A stretch of 64,000 bases of DNA from Octopus sinensis (taxonomy: Eukaryota), in NCBI RefSeq assembly GCF_006345805.1, contig NC_043003.1, positions 95,852,001-95,916,000 on the forward strand, written 5' to 3'. Every line of letters starts with the position of its first letter. The stretch's first letter is position 1. The notes beneath the pieces are model-generated. The model was given only the letters and a program-made list of their open reading frames with translations, ran no database searches and was not told the DNA's origin. Of the stretch, positions 51,835 to 64,000 are shown in pieces. Both the position numbers and the translations under genes were made by a program.

Positions 51835-53806
51835 TGAAATGTTTATATATACACACACACACTGTGTACCTAATTTTTTAATTATCACAATTTCCTGTTG
51901 CTTACCCTCTCTTCTCATATTCTGTAACTCTATCTTCTAATGCAACACGTGGCCTTTTATACATTGTATTTTTATTATTCAATGCCTACCCATCAATTTA
52001 TTACTGCAGTTAGTTTAGTCATGAATTTGTTAGCCTGAAATTAAATATTTAATTTTTTAAAAATCCTTTTTCTAGAAAAAACCATTTTTTTTTTTCTATT
52101 GACATTCTTAATGACTTACAACAACTATTTTTGTATATTTCTTGTCATTATTTCCTTCTGTTGAATCAATAAAACGTTAACATCTCCCTCTGTTATCAGT
52201 ATTTGTTTTTACTGTGTCCAGTTTATTTTTGAATGAACATATTTTTTAATAGCTGTTGATATTGTTTAGCCTCATGTTAACCTTGGTTGAACAATCATAT
52301 GATAAAAAAATTTTAGCTATGTCTAACTTGTCTTTTCAGATAAAATTTATCTTGGAGTATTTTATCCAATATGCGGTTTCCTTTCATTGTTTTTTTTTAA
52401 GAAGTAGAGTGTGATTTTGAAGGGTAACACCATGTAACAAAGTTTTAATGTTTTTTGTCTTTGGTCAGTATGGGTTTATTCCTATTCTCTTCTATCTAGA
52501 AATCAAAGGAAATGGCTACTCTTCCCTTCAAACTTTGCTATTGTAACCTAACATCAATGATTTGAAACTGACCTATTTTCCATTACTTTTCAGACAGACT
52601 TAGCACTGTGTTGCTGAAGCAGAAATATCGTTATAGCAAATATTCTGCTGTCAGTTGTTTGACCATACCCACTTGAGCATGTCTGTTAGGAGCTGACAAT
52701 ACGTGCATCTCTGATCATAAGCAAAAGTAGAGTTGTGTGTGTGGTGGGGTGCATCATAGTCATGTGTTGAGTGGGATTCCTTGGGGTTTGAATAAGTGTA
52801 ACAAAAGTAAAGTTTGAAGGAAATATTAACCATTTTTCATACTTTCTGTGGGTAGGCGTAGAAGTGGCTATGTGGTAAGTAGCTTGCTTACGAATCACAT
52901 GGTTCCAGGTTCAGTCCCACTGCGTGGTACCTTGGGCAAGTATCTTCTACTATAGCCTCGGGCCAACCAAAGCCTTGTGGGTGGATTTGGTAGACGGAAA
53001 CTGAAAGAAGCCAGTCGTATATATGTATGTGTGTGGATATGTTTGTGTGTATGTGTTTGTCTCCCCCAACATCACTTGACAAACGATGCTGTTGTGTTTA
53101 TGTCCCCGTAACTTAGTGGTTTGGCAAAAGAGACTGATAGAATAAGTACTAGGCTTACAAAGACTAAAGGCAGTGCTCCAGCATGGCCACAGTCACATGA
53201 CTGAAACAAGTAAAAGAGTAAGAGTAAGCAAATAGGAAATAACAGTTGCTACCCAAGGACAAAAATCATATTACACAGAGTAATAGGCAGCTATTTCTAG
53301 CAGGTTGAGTGACCACATTGAGGCTTCATCATTGGCTCATATTTTAGTAACTTGGAAGTATAAGAACCAAAATATATCATCATCATCATTATCATCACCA
53401 TTATTGCAATTTTAATGCCTACTTTTTCATGCTTGTTTGGGTCAGACAGAATTCATTAAATCAGATTTTCTACATCCCTTCTTTTCTCCAAATGTCTTGT
53501 TTACAAGCAAGGTAACATTTCCCCATGGTTGAACAAATTTTTTGTGGTAGGTGGCAAACTCAAACCCTTCAGCATTTGGTCTCTGTGCCGGTGGCACATA
53601 AAAAGCACCATCCGATCATGGCCATTTTCCAGAGTCATCTGGCACGTAAAAAGCACCCACTACACTCACGGAGTGGTTGGCGTTAGGAAGGGCATCCAGC
53701 TGTAGAAACACTGCCTGATCAGACTGGGCCTGGTGCAGCCTTCTGGCTTCCCAGATCCCTGGTCGAACCGTCCAACCCATGCTAGCATGGAAAGCGGACG
53801 TTAAAC

Positions 53807-53837
<31 letters not shown>

Positions 53838-56334
53838 ACTTTGTCAAGCATGAAACTTATTTATTTACGTTGTTTTGAATTAATCATTATCTCATAGCTT
53901 CAAAATTTCATAGGCTGGGTTATAAACATTCATACGTTCATATGTACACATGCATTGGGTTGTCAAATAAATTTGTTTATTTCTTTCCAAATTTTTTTGA
54001 ATAACCTAAAAAATTATTTTCATTGCAGTATCTTGTGAATTGGTTTAATAGGTTATTTGATTATTTGGTTATGGTTCTCTTAGATTTTTGATGATACCTT
54101 TTATTTGCACATAGACTTTACAATATATACAACTGTTAACTTTGTCAGAAGCTGTAATCACTTTACTGGTAGAGAGTTACAAATATAAGTTGTGTTTGGG
54201 CTAAGAGTTGGCTGGCTACATATTTGCTTGCAGCAAGAGGCAAGCCTCCTATGTACATGTTTGGAGAAGTATCTTGTGGACAAGTGATTTCTTTTCAACC
54301 TGAGGTTGAGCAGCAACCAGAAATCATGTGTTCATTTATACCCTCAGGAATCTCTCTCAACCTCTGCACTCAAACTATTTCTATGAATTTGAACCAACAA
54401 AGGAGCCTAGAACTAGTTAGAAATATCAGCTATTTCTCCCTCAAATCACACTGTATTGGACATGGTTGGGATACCTTTGACTATAAGTCTGCTTGAGCAA
54501 GGCTGACCTTGGGCTAAACAATATCCAGGAATTAAGCCTCATTTACCAGGGCTCAAATTTTCAGGAGCTTATCTCTTATTTTATGGTATCCTAATAGATA
54601 GGTTGGTTTGCAGCATTCTTTCCCTATAACCTTCTCTCTCCCTTTTCCATCCCTCTCAGTATGTGTTAGGGACAGAATAACAAAATGAAATTGCTAAAAA
54701 CCTTTGCTTCTCTTTTATGTAATCTTATACCTATAATGCATCCATACTTATGAAACTGGTAGCAGCTAGCTCTGTCTGTCTTACTTTTGTAATGTGTGAA
54801 ATAAAACTATCATTTAATCACAATTGTGATAATGATGAGGGTGGTGATGGAGATGGTGATGATGGTAGTGGTGATAGTGCAGATAATGATAATAATGACA
54901 GTAAAAATCATAATGGTGGTGGTGGTGGTGGCAGCAGCGATGGGGAACGTAATGTAGTGAGGATGTTAATGATGTTGTTTAGCTGCAGGCCAAACCTGAT
55001 TGAACAGACCTATCATTAAACGCTTTGAATCATCTTACACAAGTTGATTATATTTATGTTTAAAGATAAAAAAGAAAAAAAGGAAATAAATAAATAAAAA
55101 AAAAATCAACTAGTATTGTTACCGATATTTCACAGTTAATTCTTCATAATAATTTGTTCTTTTTAGGGCAGTCAGGGAGCAGAAATAAAAGAACAACTGA
55201 ACAAAAAAAAAACCCCCGTCATGTTTCTTCTGTACATATTTCACTGGGCTCCATTTTGTTTCCCATCCATGCATCCACAATTGATAAAATAAAGTAACAG
55301 TTAAAACTAGGGTGGTGTATCTAATCAATTGAACCCCTTCCTTTCTGCTAATTTATGCCTTTGTACCTATCTCAGAAATCAGTGTTAATTACTTATTTAC
55401 CGTTAATTACTCTCATACATTCATTATGAAGAAATACTTTTAGTATACATAAAATAATTATCGTTATGGGTCCTATTTCTGTTCATAGCATCAAAACAGA
55501 ATCTTGCTTTTCTTTATTTGCTTTTTCTTCAGAAGAAAGAAGCTTATTGTGTTGCATTTTTGCTGATGAAAAATATTACTAAAAACTTCTGAGATATGTC
55601 AAACAAAGCTGATTTATCCTTGATAATTTGTTGTCTGGAAGCTCTCTACTCTGTTTCTCTTTGTTATGATCTAACAGTACAGGGAAACTCTCTAAAAGTA
55701 TTTAAGTTAACTATGATTGAATAAAGATACAGGTTAACTCAATTGTGACATTATTGATTAAATGGAGGTGGTGGTGTGGTGGGGTAGAAAGGACTTTTCC
55801 CTTCTCCTCTATTCTTATTTTTACCAATAGGCGCAGGAGTGGCTGTGTGGTAAGTAGCTTGTTTACCAACCACATGGTTCCGGGTTCAGTCCCACTGTGT
55901 GGCACCTTGGGCAAGTGTCTTCTACTATAGCCTCGGGCCGACCAAAGCCTTGTGAGTGGATCTGGTAGACGGAAACTGAAAGAAGCCCGTCGTATATATG
56001 TATATATATGTATGTGCGTGTATGTTTGTGTGTCTGTGTTTGTCCCCCTAGCATTGCTTGACAACCGATGCTGGTGTGTTTATGTCCCCGTCATTTAGCG
56101 GTTCGGCAAAAAGAGACCGATAGAATAAGTACTGGGCTTACAAAGAATAAGTACCGGGGTCGAGTTGCTCGATTAAAGGCGGTGCTCCAGTATGGCCGCA
56201 GTCAAAATGACTGAAACAGGTAAAAAGAAAAAGAAAGAATAGAAGTAAAAAGTTTCTCTCCATAAAGAAAGCGAATTCCAGTTTAGCATTTGGAGTATTG
56301 CAATATAATATAATACACATATACACATATTACA

Positions 56335-56640
56335 TGGTGGTTGTCTGCTCCTTATGCAGAGTTTGACCACCTCCTGTACCTATACCTTAGAATCATCATG
56401 GCATCTGATGTGGCATTTTAAACCGGACAATGTTATGAAAAGACACCCACATAGATTCCACATCTGGTTTGGACCACCAAGAGCTGCAGATAAGTATGCA
56501 CGTATATTCTGGCTGGTGTACCCGGTAATTCTCGGGGGTAAAGATGTTCTATTGAAATGCCTTAATACATTGATATAAGAAAGCAATTTCGTTATAACTG
56601 CCACAAAAAGGTGTATTTTCTGTCACGGAAAAGTGCAAAA
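56335..56640 (-). mobile_element. Probable RTE-type LINE 3' end relic with degenerate C2H2-like finger
   Basis: ..NLCGCLFITLSGLKCHIRCH* followed by a short UTR ggaggtggtcaaactc..caaccacc; no splice-supported gene context. Confidence 0.5.
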
Positions 56641-58006
56641 AATTGTCAGCTGGAGGAGGGAGAGATTGTTGGAGGTTGGTGACAAAGATTATCAGAGGTT
56701 GGTGAGAGAGGTTATATAAATATATGAATGAAGTGTTCGAAGAAAGTGCAATAATAACGTTCACACTCACTGATGGTTGCTCTCAGTAACTGCCTTTAGC
56801 TTATGGAGTTTTTGTTTTTATAACTATCAAAAAGCAGTCAGAAGGATAGACATATTGTTGAGAACAAATGATTTTGTTGGAGGTCTGTTATCTCCATTCC
56901 AGCCAGTGGTTGCCTAGAAGAGGTTAGAAGGGTCAAGTGGCAAAGATATTATTCTGCTTAGCAAAGGCAGCTGGGAAATGTATACTGGCTGTCATTCGCA
57001 GAAAAACTATTGTTTTACCATGAGAAAAGCACTCTTGAAGTGTTAAGTAAAATTTGGCAATCGAGGATTGAATCCATGCTATGCCTGCATGAAGCCACTA
57101 CAAATATTTTGTGGAATAAAAAATTTATCTATTGTCATGGAAAAAGTGTAACTATAAAAATGCAGACTTATAGGAGTAATGAGTGTTCAAAAAAGTATGT
57201 ATGTATAGAAATGTATGAATGAAGTCTTTAAGGTTTAAGATTCAAATTAAGGAAGTACAATAATAATGTTTAGCAATTCAAAACTGTGAGCAGTGAAATG
57301 CAAAATTAGGTCAACTGATTGCGAGAATCAAATATTGATCGCTTCACTAAAAACAGCAAGTGGTATGGATTATTTCTCTTTGGTTGTTGAAATAAAATAA
57401 TTGTAATTTGTTGTAGATAGGCGCAGGGGTGGCTGTGTGGTAAGTAGCTTGCTAACCAACCACATGGTTCCGGGTTCAGTCCCACTGCGTGGCATCTTGG
57501 GCAAGTGTCTTCTGCTATAGCCCCGGGCTGACCAATGCCTTGTGAGTGGATTTGGTAGACGGAAACTGAAAGAAGCCTGTCGTATATATGTATGTGTGTG
57601 TGTTTGTGTGTCTGTGTTTGTTCCCCTATCATTGCTTGACAACCGATGCTGGTGTGTTTACGTCCCCGTCACTTAGCGGTTCGGCAAAAAGAGACCGATA
57701 GAATAAGTACTGGGCTTACAAAAAGAATGAGTCCCGGGGTCGAGTTGCTCGACTAAAAGGCGGTGCTCCAGCATGGCCGCAGTCAAAATGACTGAAACAA
57801 GTAAAAGAAAGAAAGAAAGAAAGAAAGATAACAATGCCACAAACACACCAACAGATTTCCACATATGTAGTAGATATGTACATATGTCTGTCTGCCTGTC
57901 TATCTATCTATCTATATATATATATATATATCCCTTTTCTAGTTTCAGTCACTGGACTGTGGTCATACTGGAGCACCACCATGAGATGGCTATACATACA
58001 TACATA

Positions 58007-58056
<50 letters not shown>

Positions 58057-58066
58057 TTATATGTAC

Positions 58067-58109
<43 letters not shown>

Positions 58110-58746
58110 TAGATATAGATATATATATACACAATTAGTGAAAGTATGGGACATATTACCTAGCTATACTTGTCCATGAATAGCTAGCTCTACTATATTG
58201 CACTTGTGAACAAAAGAAGAGTTAGCTACAGGTCAGTCACTGGTTCACTGCATTTTTGACTATAAGGAAGACAAGGAAGTGTCACTTTGTTTTTCTGTTT
58301 ATAACAGACGTTTGATGACCATTTAGTGACAAAAAATATACATACGTACATGCATACATATACACATACATGCATGCATGCATACATACATACATACATA
58401 CATACATGTATGCATACTTATGTACATACACATATAAATACTTTATTGTTGTTACCTTAAACTTTATTTTTTATATTTATACTCTTGTATTTTTATATAT
58501 TTATATTTGATTTTTGATAATTCAGGAATGATATAAAGTTGTTTTGACCAATTGGAGTGTTTATTTATTGTACCTTTCAATTTATTACACACATACATAC
58601 ATACATACATACATACATACATACACATATACATACATACATGCAGTCTTTTATTCTTTTAGTGGTTTCAATCAATGGACTGCAGCCAAGCTGGAGCAAC
58701 ACCTTATTTTTATATTTATTTATGTTCAATCATTCATACATATATA

Positions 58747-59302
58747 CATGGTGGCTTCCCCCTCGTTATCGAGTATGGCCATTGCACGAAGTTTAATCAA
58801 TGTTGTTATCATGCAATGCCTGTGCAAGAAGATATTTTTTAAAGTGAGGAAAGGCTGTACACTGAGTCAATCCCACTCACTAAGTAACAGCAGCCATAAT
58901 CCGAAAAGAAGAACAAGTCAACATCATCGGTAACCACTGAGCCGCAGGTTTTACGTCAGAGTTATCCCAGTTACCTGAGTTACCTTCTCCTAGAAGGATG
59001 CCCTAACAAAGGCTAGGAGTCCTTCGCTCCCAATGGTTTAACCGCGCGATCGGGTATTCAGTCTGATTATTTCTATGTCCCCGCGCATGACACAGCCCTA
59101 AGACATTTTATTGGATGGCTGTTGACTCTCAAGAGTTCCTCCACCCTTTGACGGGTTTTGTTTTTCATCGCGCAGGGTGACCAATAAATACCCTCCTCAC
59201 CAAGCAAGCTTGGTGGGGTTGGCGGTTTAGTCACCGACGACCCGACCATGCAACAGGTTGTACTGGGTTATATGTTACCAGTAGCACTCGAAAGTGACCT
59301 GA
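58747..59302 (-). mobile_element. Non-autonomous element resembling an RTE 5' leader, embedded in (TACA)n
   Basis: GC/CpG-rich island in AT-rich DNA; minus-strand ctttgttagggcatccttctaggagaaggtaactc resembles RTE 5' UTR motifs as I recall them; microsatellite on both flanks; no ORF. Confidence 0.5.
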
Positions 59303-59589
59303 CATACATACATACATATATGATTTAGCCACATGTTTACAAACACCAGGAACTCTCCTTACTCAAAAAGTCTTGTTTTGTTCATGACTGGCTCGAACTC
59401 TCTCAAGAACAACTTAAATAAAACTCAAAGAAAAGTTATGTGTGGTAAGTAGCTTGCTTACCAACCACATGGTTCTGGTTTCAGTCCCACTGTGTGGCAC
59501 CTTCGGCAAATGTCTGCTACTATAGCCTCAGGTTGACTAAAGCCTTGTGAGTGGATTTGTTTGACGGAAACTGAAAGAAGCCCATCTGT

Positions 59590-59687
59590 ATGTATGTATG
59601 TATGTATGTATGTATGTATATATATTATATATATAATATATATATATATATATTATTATATTATATGTATGTATGTATGTATATAAT

Positions 59688-59742
<55 letters not shown>

Positions 59743-59745
59743 GTA

Positions 59746-59789
<44 letters not shown>

Positions 59790-59800
59790 TATATATATAT

Positions 59801-59838
<38 letters not shown>

Positions 59839-59850
59839 TTGTGTGTCTGA
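59590..59850. repeat. Expanded (TA)/(TATG) microsatellite inside a family-A SINE; similar tracts at 57990-58130, 40310-40370, 45088-45135
   Basis: Directly visible. Confidence 0.9.
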
Positions 59851-61112
59851 AAAGAAACAGCAATTTTAGCAAAACATATTAAGCAACTCTAATAATAAAT
59901 CAATAAACATAAAAATAAACAACATATTGATGGTTTGGTTTTATAGATATTTCAAAATTATGATGCTATGATGCTAGGTGTTTCCATTATTTTGTCCAAC
60001 CCTTGTATATACATGTATGTATGTGTATGTGTGTGTGTATGTGTGTGTGTGTGTGTTATTGTATCTGTGTTTGTCCCCTCCACCATCGCTTGACAACATA
60101 TGTCCCCATGTCTTAGCAGTTTGGCAAAAGAGATCGATAGAATAAGTACTAGGCTTACAAAGAATAAGTCCTGGGGTCAATTTGTTCAACTAAAGGTGTT
60201 GCTCCAGCATGGCCACAATTAAATGACTGAAACAAATAAAAAATAAAAATACATACATGCATGCATGCACACACATACATAGAAACATACACACATGCAC
60301 ACACTCATGCACACATGCATACACACACACACACACACACACACATTTTTCAAAAAACTATGAAGGGTAGATTAGCAAACCATATTGGTTTGCCGTAACA
60401 TAGATAAATCTTGCTGCCAAGAATAAAAACACTCACTTAGCAGAAAACTGTAAACTCAATGCTTGCCTAAACATCATGTATTAATTGTATACAAACTATC
60501 TCAACCAGTTCCTCTAAGATCATTGTGAGTTTAACAATATAGTGATTGGTAAATTGGATGGTGGAAAGATAAATGAATTTTGGGAAATAAATCTATGCTT
60601 TCTGAGAAAGAAAATACAACAGAAAACTTTGTGAAAATATGGCTTGATTACAGAAAAGCAATTCTTTTTTCCACTCATCACTGCTGAAATCACAAGCAGT
60701 TGTCATATGCCTTCTGCATATCTTGCTGTCTTTGAGAGGATCATATTAATCTAGTCAACAACCCTCACATTTGTAAATGAATAGAGAACAATTATCTCTG
60801 ATGCTATAAATATTTGAAAAGGAATATTTCAAGGAGACAGTTTGTCTGTGCTTCTGTATATTTTGACACTAAACCTGCTGTTATTTCCTTTACAAACGTC
60901 CACTGATTATGTGTTAAGGTCTACAACAGCAAGAAGCACTTTCATAAACCCTAATTTTTTTTTTTTTGTGGTGGTGGTGGTGGTGGTGGTAGTGGTGGTG
61001 ATTGGGGGCGGTATAATCTAGTTCTATGCTTGAAATATCTACAATGCTGAGAAACAGATAGATTTATTCATATTTTCTGCTGATTTACAGATGGAATTTG
61101 GCCCCCAAAATA

Positions 61113-61385
61113 TTCATATTTGACAGTTTAGCATGGAAAATATTGCTTGCTAAATCACCAATTTTTGTATTATTAGTTTCTGTCTCTCCTATTCTACACA
61201 GGGAATGTTACACACACTCATGCATGCATGTATGCACACATGCATGCACACACACACACACACACATACGTGTGTGTGTGCATGTGTGTCTAGCATGCAG
61301 TGTGTAGAACAGGAAATTTTGAAACTATTACAAAAATTTGGGGTTTTGCAAGCAATTTTTTCCATGCTCAGCTGTCAAATATGAA
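61113..61385. repeat. Foldback/MITE-like palindrome with internal inverted (CA)n/(TG)n
   Basis: Imperfect arms of 65-68 bp at 61113-61180 / 61321-61385. Confidence 0.7.
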
Positions 61386-62828
61386 CATCCAAAATTACAT
61401 ACATTGATCACCTTGACCGACCAGTTTGTCGGGTGTCCATTTAACACCACTGGTCACAGCATGCTGTCCACTCCTCTCTGGATCATGCCTTTCTCATCCA
61501 TGTGATACCAATCACCCTCCTGAAATCGTAACTCCACCGTTGTGAAGGCCTTCCAAGTGGTCGTTTCCGAGCAGAAACGACCACTCGGAAACAACCATAT
61601 ACATATATACACACATAGATATGTACATAAACATCTGGTTCGCCAGCCCTCAGTCACACGTCCAACCTATGCTAGCATGGAAAGCAGACGTTAAAAGATG
61701 ATGATGATGATGCTGATGATAAGTTAAAAACATTTTAAATGTACAAACAAACAGGAAACAGACACAAGGCCACCAATTCCTCATCAGTTATTGGCCAGAG
61801 GGTCAAATGCACTTTTGAGCCTTAATGGTAATATTGGATCCCCATCTGGTGGCACAGATGGTTAAAACACCAATGGGAATTGGCAAACCAAAAAACAAGA
61901 CAGAAAATGAAAGCCAGACAAGAAATAAACAACTATGTGATATAGAAAGTTAACATAGGCGCAAGAGTGGCTGTGTGGTAAGTAGCTTGTTTACCAACCA
62001 CATGGTTCCAGGTTCAGTCCCACTGCATGGCACCTTGGGCAAGTGTCTTCTACTATAGCCTCAGGCCGACCAAAGCCTTATGAGTGGATTTGGTAGACGG
62101 AAACTGAAAGAGGCCCGTCGTATATATGTATATATATATATGTATGTGCATGTATGTTTGTGTATCTGTGTTTGTCCCCCTAGCATTGCTTGACAACCGA
62201 TGCTGGTGTGTTTATGTCCCCGTCACTTAGTGGTTCGCCAAAAGAGACCGATAGAATAAGTACTGGGCTTACAACGAATAAGTCCCGGGGTCGAGTTGCT
62301 CGATTAAAGGCGGTGCTCCAGCATGGCCGCAGTCAAATGACTGAAACGAGTAATAAGAAAAGAATAAAAAAAAAAGAATACAAATGTGAAATAAATATAG
62401 TTCAAGACAAGACAATTAGTGAACGAATGAGGGACGGAGAGGAAAACAAAGAGGATGACTGTGGGCAGGACCGGATTTAAACCATGGAGGGCCCAGGGGA
62501 CTTTAAGTTCGGTGGGCTCCTTATACGCAAGAATTAAAATCTTAGAAAATTACCAAATTTAAATCTCAAAACCCAACTATTTCAAATAATTGAATTTGAT
62601 GAGTTAGGAGAGAGTTTAAATAAATGACTGAAAATGTCACTTTATAGATATAAACATTTTTACAAATTCAAATTTTGTTTTTCACATATTCACTTGCTGT
62701 GTTTGACTTTTCCTTCACTGTGAAAAGTAAAATAAAGGAGGGAAGAGTGGGGTGAGATTTTTTCTTTCAATGTGAGTTACATATGTTTCAGAATGAGGAA
62801 TAAGATATGCGTGTGTGTGTGTGAGTGC

Positions 62829-62886
<58 letters not shown>

Positions 62887-64000
62887 GGGTGGAGATACCA
62901 ACATTTAAAAGATGGATTTTAAAAATACTTTTTGTAAAACAGCTTCCTTTCATTGTTTTGCAATATGTGAAAAAAGAAAAAAAAAATCTGGGCGATACCC
63001 CAGCAAAAACAGGAAAATTCAAACAGCTATTTCCAAAACTCTGCTTTTTCAGTTTCCAGCAAGAGTAGATGGGGCACAATGAGTAATATTTACTGCACTT
63101 TTGACTTTGAAGAAAATATAATTTTTACAAAAGTTCACTACCCTGCCAAAATGCCCAAACTATATCAGCAAAGTAAAGACCTCAAAATGCAGTAAAACCT
63201 ATAATATATTCAGAACACTATTTCAGAAAAATTATCATTGTACTGATTGATCATATAAAAGTCAAATTTAGGCGGGGCAAAATGGGTACGACAGGACAAA
63301 ACAAGCCCTTCAAGTTCTTTAGAATTAAATTTGGAAAAAGAGTCATACATATAAACATCCATTCTTAGACATCAAAAAGATCAGAAATGCAACAAAATTT
63401 TAAATATCTAGGTCACATGAAAGAAGATTATGGGAAAATAGCACATCGGCGCAGGAGTGGCTGTGTGGTAAGTAGCTTGTTTACCAACCACATGGTTCCG
63501 GGTTCAGTCCCACTGCGTGGCACCTTGGGCAAGTGTCTACTTCTATAGCCTCGGGCCGACCAAAGCCTTGTGAGTGGATTTGGTCGACGGAAACTGAAAG
63601 AAGCCTGTCGTATATATGTATATATATGTATATGTGTGTGTGAGTGTATGTTTGTGTTTGTCCCCCTAGCATTGCTCGACAACCGATGCTGGTGTGTTTA
63701 TGTCCCCGTCACTTAGCGGTTCGGCAAAAGAGGCCGATAGAATAAGTACTGGGCTTACAAAGAATAAGTCCTGGGGTCCAGCATGGCCGCAGTCAAATAA
63801 CTGAAACAAGTAAAAGAGTAAAGAGTATAATATGAAATTAATGAAACTCAACTAAATCTAAAAATTCAACATAAAATCTTCTTTATAGCTTCTTCACTAT
63901 AGCTTCTTTGTCAAAAAATTATCCAGATATTTTATTAACTACCTCAATTACAATCGGGTCAAATTTTGGGGAAAATTTCTTGAAAATAGTACTTGTCACC

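Noticed and set aside
56380-56604. Exon of a host C2H2 zinc-finger gene
   Set aside because: Single degenerate finger followed by a stop and a LINE-like UTR; no flanking exons; better explained as a retroelement C-terminus.
59176-59302. Canonical HDV-like ribozyme
   Set aside because: A 7-bp P1 with G-U start exists, but there is no GG for P1.1, no suitable L3 and no P2 partner after a C-A-A junction. Kept only as an unclassified candidate.
61775-61800. Minus-strand CTGATGA-GG as a hammerhead core
   Set aside because: No stem II/GAAA partner at a plausible distance; the same holds for isolated CTGANGA hits at about 9783, 9971, 13504, 13570, 13926 and 55563.
62465-62520. hAT transposon starting caggaccggattta
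   Set aside because: Only one TIR-like end is visible; no partner TIR or TSD found in the window.

Overview
AT-rich, repeat-dense eukaryotic DNA. The repeat families point to an octopus/coleoid cephalopod (inference from tRNA-derived SINEs and RTE tails, not a database result). The window holds one protein-coding gene on the + strand: the centriole cartwheel protein SAS-6. I traced 15 coding exons by hand from 8607 to the stop at 51093. All have AG/GT boundaries and consistent phases, total 2005 nt (about 667 codons after the split first codon). Exon 1 was not found and probably lies upstream of the window. The rest is introns and 3' flank filled with tRNA-SINEs, RTE and CR1-type LINE fragments, hAT, piggyBac-like and Tc1/mariner elements, and microsatellites. 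Nearly all short ORFs in the supplied track are repeat artefacts. The most unusual signal is a set of sequence-unrelated foldback insertions, mostly next to (TA)n tracts, carrying complete or broken hammerhead ribozyme (HHR) cores, as expected for Penelope-like element termini. Two stand out. One is a perfect 163-bp palindrome encoding a full HHR on each strand (14432-14594). The other is a minimal HHR whose stem II is expanded to an 86-nt structured insert (44626-44736). Also notable: hairpin repeat/spacer arrays in RTE 3' UTRs and a structured RTE-leader-like non-autonomous element with a twister-like motif order. No folding, alignment or activity test could be run; all pairings were read by eye.
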